DNA of 64,000 nucleotides, taken from contig CAZSFR010000001.1 in the NCBI GenBank assembly GCA_964606295.1, positions 56,504 through 120,503 on the forward strand. Reading direction: 5' to 3'. Origin of the DNA: an uncultured Candidatus Saccharibacteria bacterium (GTDB lineage: Bacteria > Patescibacteriota > Minisyncoccia > Phycocordibacterales > UBA9973). The stretch's first letter is position 1, and each line of letters starts with the position of its first letter. This document shows positions 39,849 through 49,740 of the stretch, piece after piece. A program made the translations under genes and the position numbers. Under the pieces are notes generated by a model that worked only from the letters and a program-made list of their open reading frames with translations, searched no databases and had not been told where the DNA came from.

Positions 39849-40178
39849 ATGAAGAAACAAACAAAGCAACAGAGGGTAATCACCTTTGTCGCACTTATCG
39901 GGTTTATTGTATTGCAAATCTCGACACATTCTTTGAAGCTTCTGCTCTGGCAGGAAATTCTATTTGGAATCATTATTGTTATCTGGATTAGGTCAATCAA
40001 CACTCCCTTGTGGCATATGTACTTATTGATACTGATTCTGCATGTTCTTGCCATACTCATATCCGGTTTTGCGGTTGAGTCTTATGAGAAACTTATGCTT
40101 GGCTATTGGATATATCTTTTTCTCTGCGCTATACCAGTTTGCCTCGGGTATCTCATTAGCTACTATGCAAGAAAATAA
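39849..40178 (+). CDS. Hypothetical 4-TM membrane protein
   Basis: Almost entirely hydrophobic 109-aa ORF filling the gap. Confidence 0.6.
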   Translation: MKKQTKQQRVITFVALIGFIVLQISTHSLKLLLWQEILFGIIIVIWIRSINTPLWHMYLLILILHVLAILISGFAVESYEKLMLGYWIYLFLCAIPVCLGYLISYYARK

Positions 40179-40232
40179 TTTGAAAAAATTTGCTTCACCG
40201 TTTTCCTACGGTGAAGTTTTTAATATCCTAAA

Positions 40233-41327
40233 CTAAAAGAGGTGTACTATGTCACGCACAGTAACAAGAAGCATAAGCGCAATCAAAACATAAAATCCAA
40301 TCGCATTTGTCAGAGAAAATATTCTGGGAGGAATTTGCTTTTTTGTGATAGCCTCAATACCAACAAAAAGGAGTCGTCCTCCATCTAGTGCTGGAAAAGG
40401 GACGAGGTTGATGACAGCAAGATTGAGTGAAATAATGGCTGTCAAAGACAGGAGATGGGTAAATCCGAAACTTGCGGCGTCTCCGACTATGCTAACGATA
40501 CCAACAGGGCCGGTCACACTGCCTAGATCAGTTGAGCCTGTAAATATTCCTCCAAGTCCTTGCGCCACTGCTTTTGTCATATTGACCGTCGCGCTGAAAC
40601 CAGTTCCGATAGAAGCAAAGAAAGGCAGTCTGAGCACTCCCACCATATCCATACTAATCCCTATACCAGCATGACCGTCGACTATATTGTCTTTTGGGGT
40701 GACGACTACCTCACGGTTACCCCCTTCACCGTTCACTGTAAAAACTATTTCTTCGTTTGAGTGACTCTTGATAAATCCCTGCAACAATTCAGGTGTTGGA
40801 GCATCAATGACAGTTTGATTTTTGTCCTCTATTTTGAGCACTGTGTCTCCAGCGACAAGCCCTGCTAGTGCAGCAGGAGAATCAGCTGTCACACCCAAAA
40901 CAGTCAGCGTAGGTTCTTGTATAAATTTGCCTTTATCTATTCCCTCTCCAGCAGATGTCGGAAGTCCAACCATAAAACCTATAGAAATCAGAAACCACGC
41001 TAACAAAAAGTTCATCGCCACCCCTGCAACCAACACCAATGCTTGAATATATTTAGGCTTGGAAACAAAGCTGTCAGGTTTTGTCTCGGTTTTGCCTTCG
41101 AGCTGGTCTTCGTAGTTTTCACCGTGGATTTTGACAAATCCCCCAAATGGAATCCAATTTAGAGTATAGTCAGTACCATTTTTATGAAACAATTTCTTTG
41201 CACGCGGTGGAAAGCCGATACCAAATTCATCAACGCGTATACCAGCCCGCTTTGCCACAATAAAATGTCCTAGTTCGTGAACAAGGATAAGGACAAATAG
41301 GATTATAATGAAAATGATTATGTTCAT
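40233..41327 (-). CDS. rseP: RIP metalloprotease RseP (site-2 protease with PDZ)
   Basis: HELGH, GGFVK, PDZ SPA..AGL..GD, NLVPFPALDGG. Confidence 0.95.
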   Translation of the reverse strand: MNIIIFIIILFVLILVHELGHFIVAKRAGIRVDEFGIGFPPRAKKLFHKNGTDYTLNWIPFGGFVKIHGENYEDQLEGKTETKPDSFVSKPKYIQALVLVAGVAMNFLLAWFLISIGFMVGLPTSAGEGIDKGKFIQEPTLTVLGVTADSPAALAGLVAGDTVLKIEDKNQTVIDAPTPELLQGFIKSHSNEEIVFTVNGEGGNREVVVTPKDNIVDGHAGIGISMDMVGVLRLPFFASIGTGFSATVNMTKAVAQGLGGIFTGSTDLGSVTGPVGIVSIVGDAASFGFTHLLSLTAIISLNLAVINLVPFPALDGGRLLFVGIEAITKKQIPPRIFSLTNAIGFYVLIALMLLVTVRDIVHLF

Positions 41328-41332
41328 ATTAT

Positions 41333-41887
41333 TTAATTGTTCATGATTTCATTTTGCTTTATTTCAAAAAGAGATTCGAGTTTTGCGTTCGTATCATCAA
41401 CTCGTTTTTGTAACTCTTCTTTCGAACGGAACTTATCATCCTCTGACATCTCACCGTTCTTTTCTTTTTCTTCTATTTCCTTCTGTGTCTTCTCTCGAAC
41501 AGCGCGCACGCGAATACGAGCTTCCTCCATTCTTTCTTTCAAAACTTTTACCATTCTTTCCCTATTCTCTGTTGTTAACATTGGAAAAATCACACGCAAA
41601 CCAATCTCATCTGTTGCCGTTGAAAGCCCGAGATTTGCAGCACCTATAGCTTTCTCGATTTCCTTTACCTGAGACTTATCCCAAGGAGACACGCGTAGTG
41701 TTTTGGGATCTTCTATTGATATTGAGGCTATATTCTTAATCGGCATCATCGCTCCATAGTTTTCTACTTGGATAGAATCCAGAAAAATAGGGCTAGCCTT
41801 TCCGCTATGTAGTGTCATGTACTCATTTTTGAGCCAGTCTGCTACCTTTTGGAATTCTTCGTTTGCTTGATTGAACTGATATGACAT
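41333..41887 (-). CDS. frr: Ribosome recycling factor
   Basis: GKASP..LD, SPWDKS, FPMLT.E.R, EEARIRVR..R. Confidence 0.95.
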   Translation of the reverse strand: MSYQFNQANEEFQKVADWLKNEYMTLHSGKASPIFLDSIQVENYGAMMPIKNIASISIEDPKTLRVSPWDKSQVKEIEKAIGAANLGLSTATDEIGLRVIFPMLTTENRERMVKVLKERMEEARIRVRAVREKTQKEIEEKEKNGEMSEDDKFRSKEELQKRVDDTNAKLESLFEIKQNEIMNN

Positions 41888-42026
41888 TTGCCAATTATAC
41901 CGCGATGCGATAATTTCTCATAATATATATTCTTAGGCTATAGTTTGGAAGACTATTGCAGTATCAAAACTTGCTCCAATACACAGACAAGGCCTGTATA
42001 TTTCACGTGCGGTGAAGAAAGGGTCA

Positions 42027-42713
42027 TCAATCAGTGGAAGGAATGGTCAGCGCGAGAGATTCGAGGAGCATCTTGGTCATTGCGCCTCGGTCTCTTAGAT
42101 ATGATTTTGTTTCAAGAAGCTTTCTCATACTATCAGCACTCACACTTCCATTTTTCATTTTTTCATACATATATTGCTCGAGTGCATCGACAAGCAATAG
42201 TGCTTCTGCTCTGAAAACACTTTCCTCTTTGTTTTTCTTTTTTTTTGCATTCATTTTTTCAATAATAACTATCCGCTCACTCGAACTTGCTTTCAAAAAG
42301 CTTTTTGCTTCTGCGACATACGTCTCTACTCTGTGAATATCTTTGTATATAGTAAATCGTGAGAGAAATGTGTCTGGAAATTGGACATAAGGAGATGCAA
42401 AAAAGAAAAAACGAGTTTTGTCTCCTGGTTCTTCTACCATTTTCAATATTGTTTGCACTGCTTCATAGTTGACACCGCCAAAGGAAGCAAAAATGAGTCT
42501 TTCTCTGGTATCGTTTGGCATGAGCGAAAGTGAAGCACGAAGTTCTCGTGCTTCGTCTATAGTGAGCATATCAAAATTGTATTCTTCGACAGCAAAATTA
42601 TTTTCACCATTGTTCTGGATCAATTCTCTCGCCTGCGACAAGAGTTTCTCTCTTTCTCCAATCAAAAGATATGCGTGATGAGTAAATGGTGTCTGCAAAA
42701 ATTTTTCCATCAA
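42027..42713 (-). CDS. Degenerate DNA polymerase III delta-prime-like protein
   Basis: HHAYLLIG, IDEAREL, LKMVEEP, TFLSRF (variant of SRC); no zinc module. Confidence 0.75.
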   Translation of the reverse strand: MMEKFLQTPFTHHAYLLIGEREKLLSQARELIQNNGENNFAVEEYNFDMLTIDEARELRASLSLMPNDTRERLIFASFGGVNYEAVQTILKMVEEPGDKTRFFFFASPYVQFPDTFLSRFTIYKDIHRVETYVAEAKSFLKASSSERIVIIEKMNAKKKKNKEESVFRAEALLLVDALEQYMYEKMKNGSVSADSMRKLLETKSYLRDRGAMTKMLLESLALTIPSTD

Positions 42714-42725
42714 ATATATGCGACT

Positions 42726-43739
42726 TTATCGTTTGCTTAAAATTGACTTCTTGTATGTGTCCAAGTGTTCAAGTGCGATACCTGTGCCTTTGACGACACA
42801 ATAAAGAGGATCCTCAGCAAGTCGAGCACGCACGCCAGTTTTTCGGAAAACCAAATCGGTTAGATTGCGAAGGGATGATGTTCCTCCTGTCATAATGATA
42901 CCTTGGTCAATAATGTCAGATGCGAGTTCGGGGGGTGTTTCTGTTAGAACATCTTTGATCGCACGAATGATTTGCTTCAATTCACCATCAATAGCTTTGA
43001 CAACTTCGTTCGTCGAAATATTTGCTGAACGTGGAAGACCTTGGATAAAATCTCGCCCTTTGATAACGACTGTGAGTTCTTCTTCTACGGCAATAGCAGC
43101 ACCTATTTTAATCTTCACCAATTCTGCGGTACGGTCACCTATCGAAAGGTTGTATGTTTTCTTGATGTAATCCGCGATCGCCTGATCGATTTTGTTACCA
43201 GCGCACTTTACAGAAGTCGAAGCGACAATACCGCCAAGAGAAATCACCGCAACGTCTGTGGTTCCTCCGCCAATATCCACCACCATATGTCCACGCGACT
43301 CATGTATCGGAATTCCTGCTCCGATAGCCGCAAGGATAGGCTCCTTCACGACGTATGCATTCTTTGCTCCCGCGCGAATAGTCGCTTCCACGACCGCACG
43401 TCGCTCTGTCGAAGTGATACCTGCAGGCACCGATACCATGACATCAGGTCTGAAGAAACCGTACTTACCGAGCGCTTTCCTGATGAAGTAGCGAAGCATC
43501 GCTTCTGTCACTCTATAATCTGCGATCACGCCGTCTTTCATAGGACGATACGCAATGATGTTCTCTGGTGTCTTCCCTACCATTTCTTTTGCCTCGACAC
43601 CGATAGCGAGCACTTTGTTATCTTCTTCAGATACAGCGACGACTGATGGCTCGTTGAGCACAATACCCTTTCCCGGCACATACACGAGAGTGTTTGCCGT
43701 TCCCAAATCTATTCCCAATTTCTTCGAGAAAAATCCCAT
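42726..43739 (-). CDS. mreB: Rod-shape actin-like protein MreB
   Basis: GIDLGTANT, NEPSVVA, DIGGGTT, ETPPELASD. Confidence 0.97.
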   Translation of the reverse strand: MGFFSKKLGIDLGTANTLVYVPGKGIVLNEPSVVAVSEEDNKVLAIGVEAKEMVGKTPENIIAYRPMKDGVIADYRVTEAMLRYFIRKALGKYGFFRPDVMVSVPAGITSTERRAVVEATIRAGAKNAYVVKEPILAAIGAGIPIHESRGHMVVDIGGGTTDVAVISLGGIVASTSVKCAGNKIDQAIADYIKKTYNLSIGDRTAELVKIKIGAAIAVEEELTVVIKGRDFIQGLPRSANISTNEVVKAIDGELKQIIRAIKDVLTETPPELASDIIDQGIIMTGGTSSLRNLTDLVFRKTGVRARLAEDPLYCVVKGTGIALEHLDTYKKSILSKR

Positions 43740-43845
43740 ATATTGAGCATACTACCATAGAACGAGGACATGTGAAAAAGAAATATTTTAGCTTTGACAA
43801 CAATGAAATTTAGATGTAATGTGTAAATGAACTAAAAGAAATTCA

Positions 43846-44805
43846 ATGAAAAAAATAAAAGAATATGCGGAACTTCTCGCAAAGGCTTCCCTTGAAATCG
43901 GGAGCATACAACTACGGCCAAATGATCCATTCATTTGGGCAAGTGGGACTCGTAATCCTATATACAATGATAACAGAATGCTTCTAGCTGAGTACGAACA
44001 TCGCATGCTAGTGACAAAGTCACTCATTGATGTTCTTGCTGAAAACGAAATTGGGCTACAGCACGTAGACTACATCTGCGGAACATCGCTCTCCGGCATC
44101 GGACCAGCGTCAACTCTCGCCGACATCCTTCACAAGAAAATGCTTATATTTGTAGATGATACTCCATACGAGTTCTCCTCTGTGATGAATTTACCGATTG
44201 GAAATTCGTACAATAGAAGCATTGTATCGTCTGCACCATTTGGCATACCACTTGGCGTGCTGTTTGCAAACATGTACAAACTTCGATTTTCGTACGTTCG
44301 CCCAGCAGTAAAAAAACATGGATTAAAGAAGTCGATCGAGGGAGCGGATGTAGTGAACGAAGATTTCGATTTAATCAACGTTGGCGATGATCAGGCTAAG
44401 TCGAACTGTTTATCAGCACTAAGCAATCAAGATCTACATTGCAAAACAGTGACCCATTACTCGCCTGAAAATATTTTTCAAAAAGCAGAGCTTTCAAACA
44501 AATGTGTGATTGTTGTAGAAGACTTGATATCTACAGGAGCTTCATTTGCAAAGGAGGCAGACGCATGTAAAAAGGCAGGCGCAGAGGTACTATGCGTACT
44601 AACTATATTCAATTACGAGCTAGAAAGCTCAAAGGAATTGATAGCAAAAGCTGGGTATGAAGTATATTCAGCACTCACGTACCAACAGTTACTTCAGACA
44701 GCTGTTGAATTAAAATTTGTTGATGAGAATCAACTAAAAGTGCTGAAGGAATGGCGGGAGGATCAACCCAATTGGGGAGATAAGCATGGTTTTCCAGTAA
44801 AATAA
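43846..44805 (+). CDS. pyrE: Orotate phosphoribosyltransferase with about 110-aa internal insertion
   Basis: PFIWASG..PIYNDNR, YVR..KKHG...IEG, VVEDLISTG. Confidence 0.88.
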   Translation: MKKIKEYAELLAKASLEIGSIQLRPNDPFIWASGTRNPIYNDNRMLLAEYEHRMLVTKSLIDVLAENEIGLQHVDYICGTSLSGIGPASTLADILHKKMLIFVDDTPYEFSSVMNLPIGNSYNRSIVSSAPFGIPLGVLFANMYKLRFSYVRPAVKKHGLKKSIEGADVVNEDFDLINVGDDQAKSNCLSALSNQDLHCKTVTHYSPENIFQKAELSNKCVIVVEDLISTGASFAKEADACKKAGAEVLCVLTIFNYELESSKELIAKAGYEVYSALTYQQLLQTAVELKFVDENQLKVLKEWREDQPNWGDKHGFPVK

Positions 44806-44847
44806 ATAAAAACGTGGTGCAAATATTTGCACCACGTTATTTTTTTT
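44802..44847. terminator. Bidirectional terminator between convergent pyrE and pyrF
   Basis: 28-bp perfect palindrome aacgtggtgcaaat-atttgcaccacgtt (44811-44838) flanked by A and T tracts. Confidence 0.85.
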
Positions 44848-45697
44848 AATATGCTGTTAGTAATCGTCTTTTGCATCTCCTGATCTCTTCATCAAGTTTC
44901 AGAGCCTCTCGTCCTGCAGCCTCCGCAAAATCACCTCCAGAGCTTGCAAAAATGATTCCACGTGATGAATTTATGATGAATCCGACGCCCTCGCTATTGG
45001 CAGCAGCTCTCACTGATTTTTCCAAATCACCGCCCTGCGCTCCGATGCCGGGCACAAGGAGATTAATGTCATCTCCAACAATTTCTCTGATGCGAACAAT
45101 AGTGTCCTCTGGCTGTGTTGCACCTGTCACCAGATTGCAATTGCCATATATGTTCCATCCATTTTCTACATTTAGCGCAATCTTCTCGTAAAGATACATT
45201 CCGGATTCTTGCCCTCTTTCATCACTTTGAAATTCCTCTGCACCCTTGTTCGATGTTGCACAAAGGGCGAATGCACCTTTTTCTGAATCGGAAAGAAAAG
45301 TCATATTGGCCGTACCACCCATGAACGGAGCAATCGTGATCGCGTCAACCCCAAGCTGATGAAAAGCATAATCAACGTAGCCAAGATTGGTATTATCGAT
45401 ATCACCCCATTTTGCATCCAAAATGATAATCGCATCAGTTTGTTTTCTGATATACAAAACTGTTTCCTCAAGTGCACGCATTCCATTGATACCTGCACCA
45501 AGATAGAATGCGAAATTGGGTTTGTAGAATCCGGCAATATTCTTGGTTGCATTAATGATATCGTGGTTGAACGCGAACTGCGGAAACTCACTTCTCCAGA
45601 TTCCCGAAGGAAGTTTGCTTTTGTCACTGTCAAGTCCAACGCAAACATGTTTGCCGTCAGACTTTTGCTTTTCCATAACTCTTTGATTAAATCTCAT
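44846..45697 (-). CDS. pyrF: Orotidine-5'-phosphate decarboxylase (subfamily 2)
   Basis: CVGLD, KPNFAFY, DAKWGDI, TSN, PGIGAQGG, NSSRGI. Confidence 0.95.
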   Translation of the reverse strand: MRFNQRVMEKQKSDGKHVCVGLDSDKSKLPSGIWRSEFPQFAFNHDIINATKNIAGFYKPNFAFYLGAGINGMRALEETVLYIRKQTDAIIILDAKWGDIDNTNLGYVDYAFHQLGVDAITIAPFMGGTANMTFLSDSEKGAFALCATSNKGAEEFQSDERGQESGMYLYEKIALNVENGWNIYGNCNLVTGATQPEDTIVRIREIVGDDINLLVPGIGAQGGDLEKSVRAAANSEGVGFIINSSRGIIFASSGGDFAEAAGREALKLDEEIRRCKRRLLTAY

Positions 45698-45804
45698 AAA
45701 AAAAATTTTGTTTGAAAATAAATTTATCTCAATGAAATTACCACATACTTCGACTCTTGTAAACTAAAACATCTGAGGTGGTCGGAATGCTATACTCTTC
45801 ATAT

Positions 45805-47715
45805 ATGTACGTCCTCGATGTTATCGTCATTGCCAAAGGCATACAGAAGGAAACCCTTACTTACTTCTCACTCAAGGAAGCACTGCCAGGGACGCTTGTT
45901 CGTGTGCCTGTGCGAAGCAAGATCTACCCGGCTCTTGTCGTTTCGATGAAGGACGCAGTCGATGTCAAAAGCGAAATCAAAAATTCTCCATTTGGATTCA
46001 AGAGAATAGAGAGCATTGTAGGAAACGCGCCTTTTCGCAAGGAGTCCGTGCAAGTTGCGCAGATTCTTGCTGACTATTACCTGACCGAGACAGGGGCGAT
46101 CCTCGACCTTTTCGTGCCAGAAGCAATACTTGACGAGAAAATGCCTGAGGCCAAGAAACATGAACAACGTAAGTTTACTAGTGTTCGAAACGAAAAGCTT
46201 ATTTTCCAAGCATCATTTGATGACCGAATATCTTATTACAAAACATTCATACGAGAGGCCTTTGCGCGAAAGGAATCGATTGCCCTCATTGTGCCAACCA
46301 TCAACGACGCAACCCTTTTTTATGAGCATCTCTCAAAGGGAATCGAGGAGAACGTCGTTTTACTCACAAGCAATCTCACGTCGAAGAAAACTCAGACAAC
46401 TTGGAGAAAGGTTCTTGACGAATCTCACGTCAAACTGATTATTTCAACTCCACTTTTTCTGTCACTTCCACGCACAGATGTGAGTATTCTTATTATTGAA
46501 AGAGAATCCTCGAGTGCATATACTTCACGAACGCGTCCTCATGTCGACCAGAGACTCTACGCGGAAGTGCTGGCAACAAAGCTCGATATGAAAATTATAT
46601 TTGCAGATACTTTGCTTCGTGTTGAGACGATTGCACGACGTGAGCAAGGAGAATTCGACGAAGTCATGCCGACATCATTTCGCTTACCGCCAGTTCGCGA
46701 TTTGCAGATTATTTCTATGATTGATAATGCAAACAAAACACCTCTTTCTCCGTATTTCTCACCACAATTGATTGATCACATAACGCGTTCGCTTTCATCA
46801 AAACAAAATGTATTCTTGTTCGCTCTTCGCCACGGCATCGCAACGAAGATTACTTGCGCGGATTGCGGACTTGTTGTCTTGTGTGATAAATGCAACGTGC
46901 CATTCACTCTCTTTGAAAAGGACAAAAAGCGAATTCTTATATGCAAAAATTGTAAACTGGAGAAAATCGCACCAACTCATTGTCAGTCTTGCGAAAGTTG
47001 GCGACTCCTCCCGCTTGGTGTTGGTGTCGAAGCACTTGCAGAAAGTGCAAGAATACTTTTCCCCGAAGTACAAATATTTCGAATTGATAGCACGCAGAAT
47101 AAATCACCAAAGAGCGCCACTCTAATTGCGAAATCATTTGAGGAATCCGGTGGAGCTATACTTGTTGCTACAGAAATGGCATTTGGTTATCTCACGTCCC
47201 CGGTTTCATCTTGTGCGGTTATTTCATTCGACACACTACTTTCACTTCCACATTTTGACCGCGAAGAGCGACTGGCGCAACTACTTGGAACACTATCCCT
47301 CGTTGCGGACAGGTCACTCATTGTTCAAACCCGACATCCAGACAGTCACCTGCTCGTGAGCATGCAGGGTGGTTCAATGCTCGATTGGTATAGAAAGGAA
47401 ATTCAAAGCAGGAAGGATGCCAACTACCCTCCTTTTGCCCGTCTTATACGACTCTCGTATGTAGGACCAAGGGAAAAGGAAGAAGACCTTCGCCGTTACG
47501 CAGAATCTCTTCTCATTGGTTATCACCCACACTCCTATCGCGGACCTCATCACGGCATATTCAGAGAAACTCCATATCTTCTTCTTCAGTTAGCACCGAC
47601 TCTTTGGAGTACAAATAAAGACGTGGCACATCGCGACAATGTCTTGCTCCCTATACTACTGCGACTAAAGGGTGTCTGGGATATAGAAATAGACCCGAAG
47701 AACCTATACAACTAA
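45805..47715 (+). CDS. priA: Primosomal protein N' (PriA) with degenerate helicase motifs
   Basis: 3'-DNA-binding N-terminus (GTLVRVP, YYL), four CxxC, QT..P, YPPF, IEIDP; Walker A/B replaced. Confidence 0.85.
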   Translation: MYVLDVIVIAKGIQKETLTYFSLKEALPGTLVRVPVRSKIYPALVVSMKDAVDVKSEIKNSPFGFKRIESIVGNAPFRKESVQVAQILADYYLTETGAILDLFVPEAILDEKMPEAKKHEQRKFTSVRNEKLIFQASFDDRISYYKTFIREAFARKESIALIVPTINDATLFYEHLSKGIEENVVLLTSNLTSKKTQTTWRKVLDESHVKLIISTPLFLSLPRTDVSILIIERESSSAYTSRTRPHVDQRLYAEVLATKLDMKIIFADTLLRVETIARREQGEFDEVMPTSFRLPPVRDLQIISMIDNANKTPLSPYFSPQLIDHITRSLSSKQNVFLFALRHGIATKITCADCGLVVLCDKCNVPFTLFEKDKKRILICKNCKLEKIAPTHCQSCESWRLLPLGVGVEALAESARILFPEVQIFRIDSTQNKSPKSATLIAKSFEESGGAILVATEMAFGYLTSPVSSCAVISFDTLLSLPHFDREERLAQLLGTLSLVADRSLIVQTRHPDSHLLVSMQGGSMLDWYRKEIQSRKDANYPPFARLIRLSYVGPREKEEDLRRYAESLLIGYHPHSYRGPHHGIFRETPYLLLQLAPTLWSTNKDVAHRDNVLLPILLRLKGVWDIEIDPKNLYN

Positions 47716-47762
47716 GTCGTTTCCATTTGCAAAATGAAATTTGTTGTGTTAATCTAACGTTT

Positions 47763-47993
47763 ATGGCAACAATCCAAATCAATGTTCAAAAGAATTCAGG
47801 AGAGACAAGCGCAAGCGTGCTTCGTCGATTCACAAAGAAAGTTCAGGAGACTAGAATTATTCAGAAAGTAAAAGGACAGCGTTACAACACCCGCCCAAAA
47901 TCCTCACTAGTTCGCAAGAAGGGTGCTCTCCGACGAATCGCAAAACTCAAAGAAACTGATCGTCTAAAGAAGCTCGGCAAAATCAAGGAATAG
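47763..47993 (+). CDS. rpsU: Ribosomal protein bS21-like
   Basis: VQK..GE...VLRRFTKKV...RY..RPKS. Confidence 0.7.
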   Translation: MATIQINVQKNSGETSASVLRRFTKKVQETRIIQKVKGQRYNTRPKSSLVRKKGALRRIAKLKETDRLKKLGKIKE

Positions 47994-47994
47994 T

Positions 47995-48468
47995 ATGTAC
48001 AGAGAGTTTGGTAACGTTTCAATAAAAAGAGAGACATATGGTAAGCTCCCCAGCTTGCCATATTTTTCTATTAAAAATAAAGTCCTTGGAAAAAAATATG
48101 AGCTTTCGATTCTTTTTGCCACTCCCCAAAATGCTCAAAAGCTAAATCATCTCTATAGAAAGAAATCATACACACCCAATATTCTTTCTTTCTCACTTAA
48201 TAAAAGTTCTGGTGAACTTGTTCTGTGTCTCGGTACAATCCGCTCCCAAGCAAAAAGTTTTGAGATGTCATACCAAGATTTTCTCTCATACCTCTATATT
48301 CATGGTCTTTTGCATTTGAAAGGAATCGAACATGGTAGTACAATGGAGAGAGAGGAAAACGCCATCTTCAAAAAGTTTTTTGGCGACGATCTACCACATG
48401 GCACGAACCATACTCACAGGCATCGACATAGGAACATCTCACACTCGCGTCGTCATCGTCGAGTATAA
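47995..48468 (+). CDS. ybeY: rRNA maturation RNase YbeY
   Basis: LN..YRKK..PNILSF, HGLLHLKGIEH, M...E. Confidence 0.92.
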   Translation: MYREFGNVSIKRETYGKLPSLPYFSIKNKVLGKKYELSILFATPQNAQKLNHLYRKKSYTPNILSFSLNKSSGELVLCLGTIRSQAKSFEMSYQDFLSYLYIHGLLHLKGIEHGSTMEREENAIFKKFFGDDLPHGTNHTHRHRHRNISHSRRHRRV

Positions 48469-49564
48469 AAAAAACGACTCAGAGCCAACACTTATCGGTG
48501 CTGGTATCGCTCTTTCTGGTGGTGTGCGAAAAGGCTACATCGTCAATTCCAACCTCGCGATTGCATCTGTCCGTGACGCAGTATCACAAGCTGAAAAGCA
48601 GGCCGGTATCAAGATCAAGAAAGCATCTCTTTCTGTTGGTGGCATCGGTCTATCGACAGATACTGCGATTGGTACAGCTACTTCCACACGTGTCGACAAC
48701 ACAATCACAGAACTCGATGTTGAAAGGACAATGCGGGCATGCGAAGAAGCGCTGAAAGATAGGAACAAAAAGGTTGTTCATCGTATCCCTCTGGCGTACA
48801 AATTGGATGCAAAGCCTGTCCTCGGTGACCCTGTCGGTATGAAAGGAAAAAAACTCGAAGGAAAGGCTCTTTTTATTACTTGTTTGTCTCAACACATTGA
48901 ACGACTCGTCGAAACAGTGACTACGGCTGGTATCGAAGTAACAAGCATCATTGCTTCTCCTGTTGCAGTCGCAACAGTTGTACTCAATGAACGAGAGAAA
49001 ATCGCAGGCTCAATGCTCGCACACATAGGCGCAGAAACCGTCGGTACTGTCGTTTATGAAGATGGAAATATCCTTTCTCTCTCAATGATTCAGATTGGCT
49101 CTGCAGATATTACCAACGATATTGCTCTTGGTCTCAAAACATCTTTAGAGGAGGCGGAAGGAATCAAAGTAGGAACAGTCATATCAAGCACGTCAAAGAA
49201 GAAAATAGACGAGATCATTGAAGCACGACTGACAGATATTTTCGAATTAATAGAAAAGCATTTGAAGAAAATCGGACGCAGTGCACTCTTACCTGCCGGC
49301 ATTATATTTACTGGAGGTGGTTCACATCTTGGAAATTTGACTGACCTAGCAAAGCGCGAGCTCAAACTTCCCTCACGGATTGGTTTTATAAACGAGAGAT
49401 TTGATGGCAAGATGAAACTCAAAGATTCTGCATGGTTCCCCGCATATGGTTCATGTGTCTGCGAACACTCGTCGCCTTTTCCAGACGATGAATCTCGTGT
49501 TCCTCCATCAGATGGCGCTTTCAAAGAAACTTTCTTGGGATTTCTAAGACAATTGCTCCCATAA
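48398..49564 (+). CDS. ftsA: Cell division protein FtsA
   Basis: GIDIGTS, GVRKG.I, PVGMKG..LE, ITNDIA, AGIIFTGGGS; start MARTIL; upstream of ftsZ. Confidence 0.95.
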   Translation: MARTILTGIDIGTSHTRVVIVEYKKNDSEPTLIGAGIALSGGVRKGYIVNSNLAIASVRDAVSQAEKQAGIKIKKASLSVGGIGLSTDTAIGTATSTRVDNTITELDVERTMRACEEALKDRNKKVVHRIPLAYKLDAKPVLGDPVGMKGKKLEGKALFITCLSQHIERLVETVTTAGIEVTSIIASPVAVATVVLNEREKIAGSMLAHIGAETVGTVVYEDGNILSLSMIQIGSADITNDIALGLKTSLEEAEGIKVGTVISSTSKKKIDEIIEARLTDIFELIEKHLKKIGRSALLPAGIIFTGGGSHLGNLTDLAKRELKLPSRIGFINERFDGKMKLKDSAWFPAYGSCVCEHSSPFPDDESRVPPSDGAFKETFLGFLRQLLP

Positions 49565-49740
49565 TAAAATATCCTCAACCTACAGTGGAAAGAGGCATCG
49601 CGCAAGCAGTTTTTTCTTACAAGTGAAGGCAATCGAAATCAAGCCGTGACTACTTTCCTTTTTTTTAGTTTCTGGTATTATGGTATCCGTAATTTAACGG
49701 CCGAAACTTAACCCAATCTATTAATTAGCCCAACACATAT

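Noticed and set aside
49565-49740. Structured ncRNA between ftsA and ftsZ
   Set aside because: Only weak partial complementarity (ggaaag/ctttcc); no recognisable family; more likely promoter/UTR.
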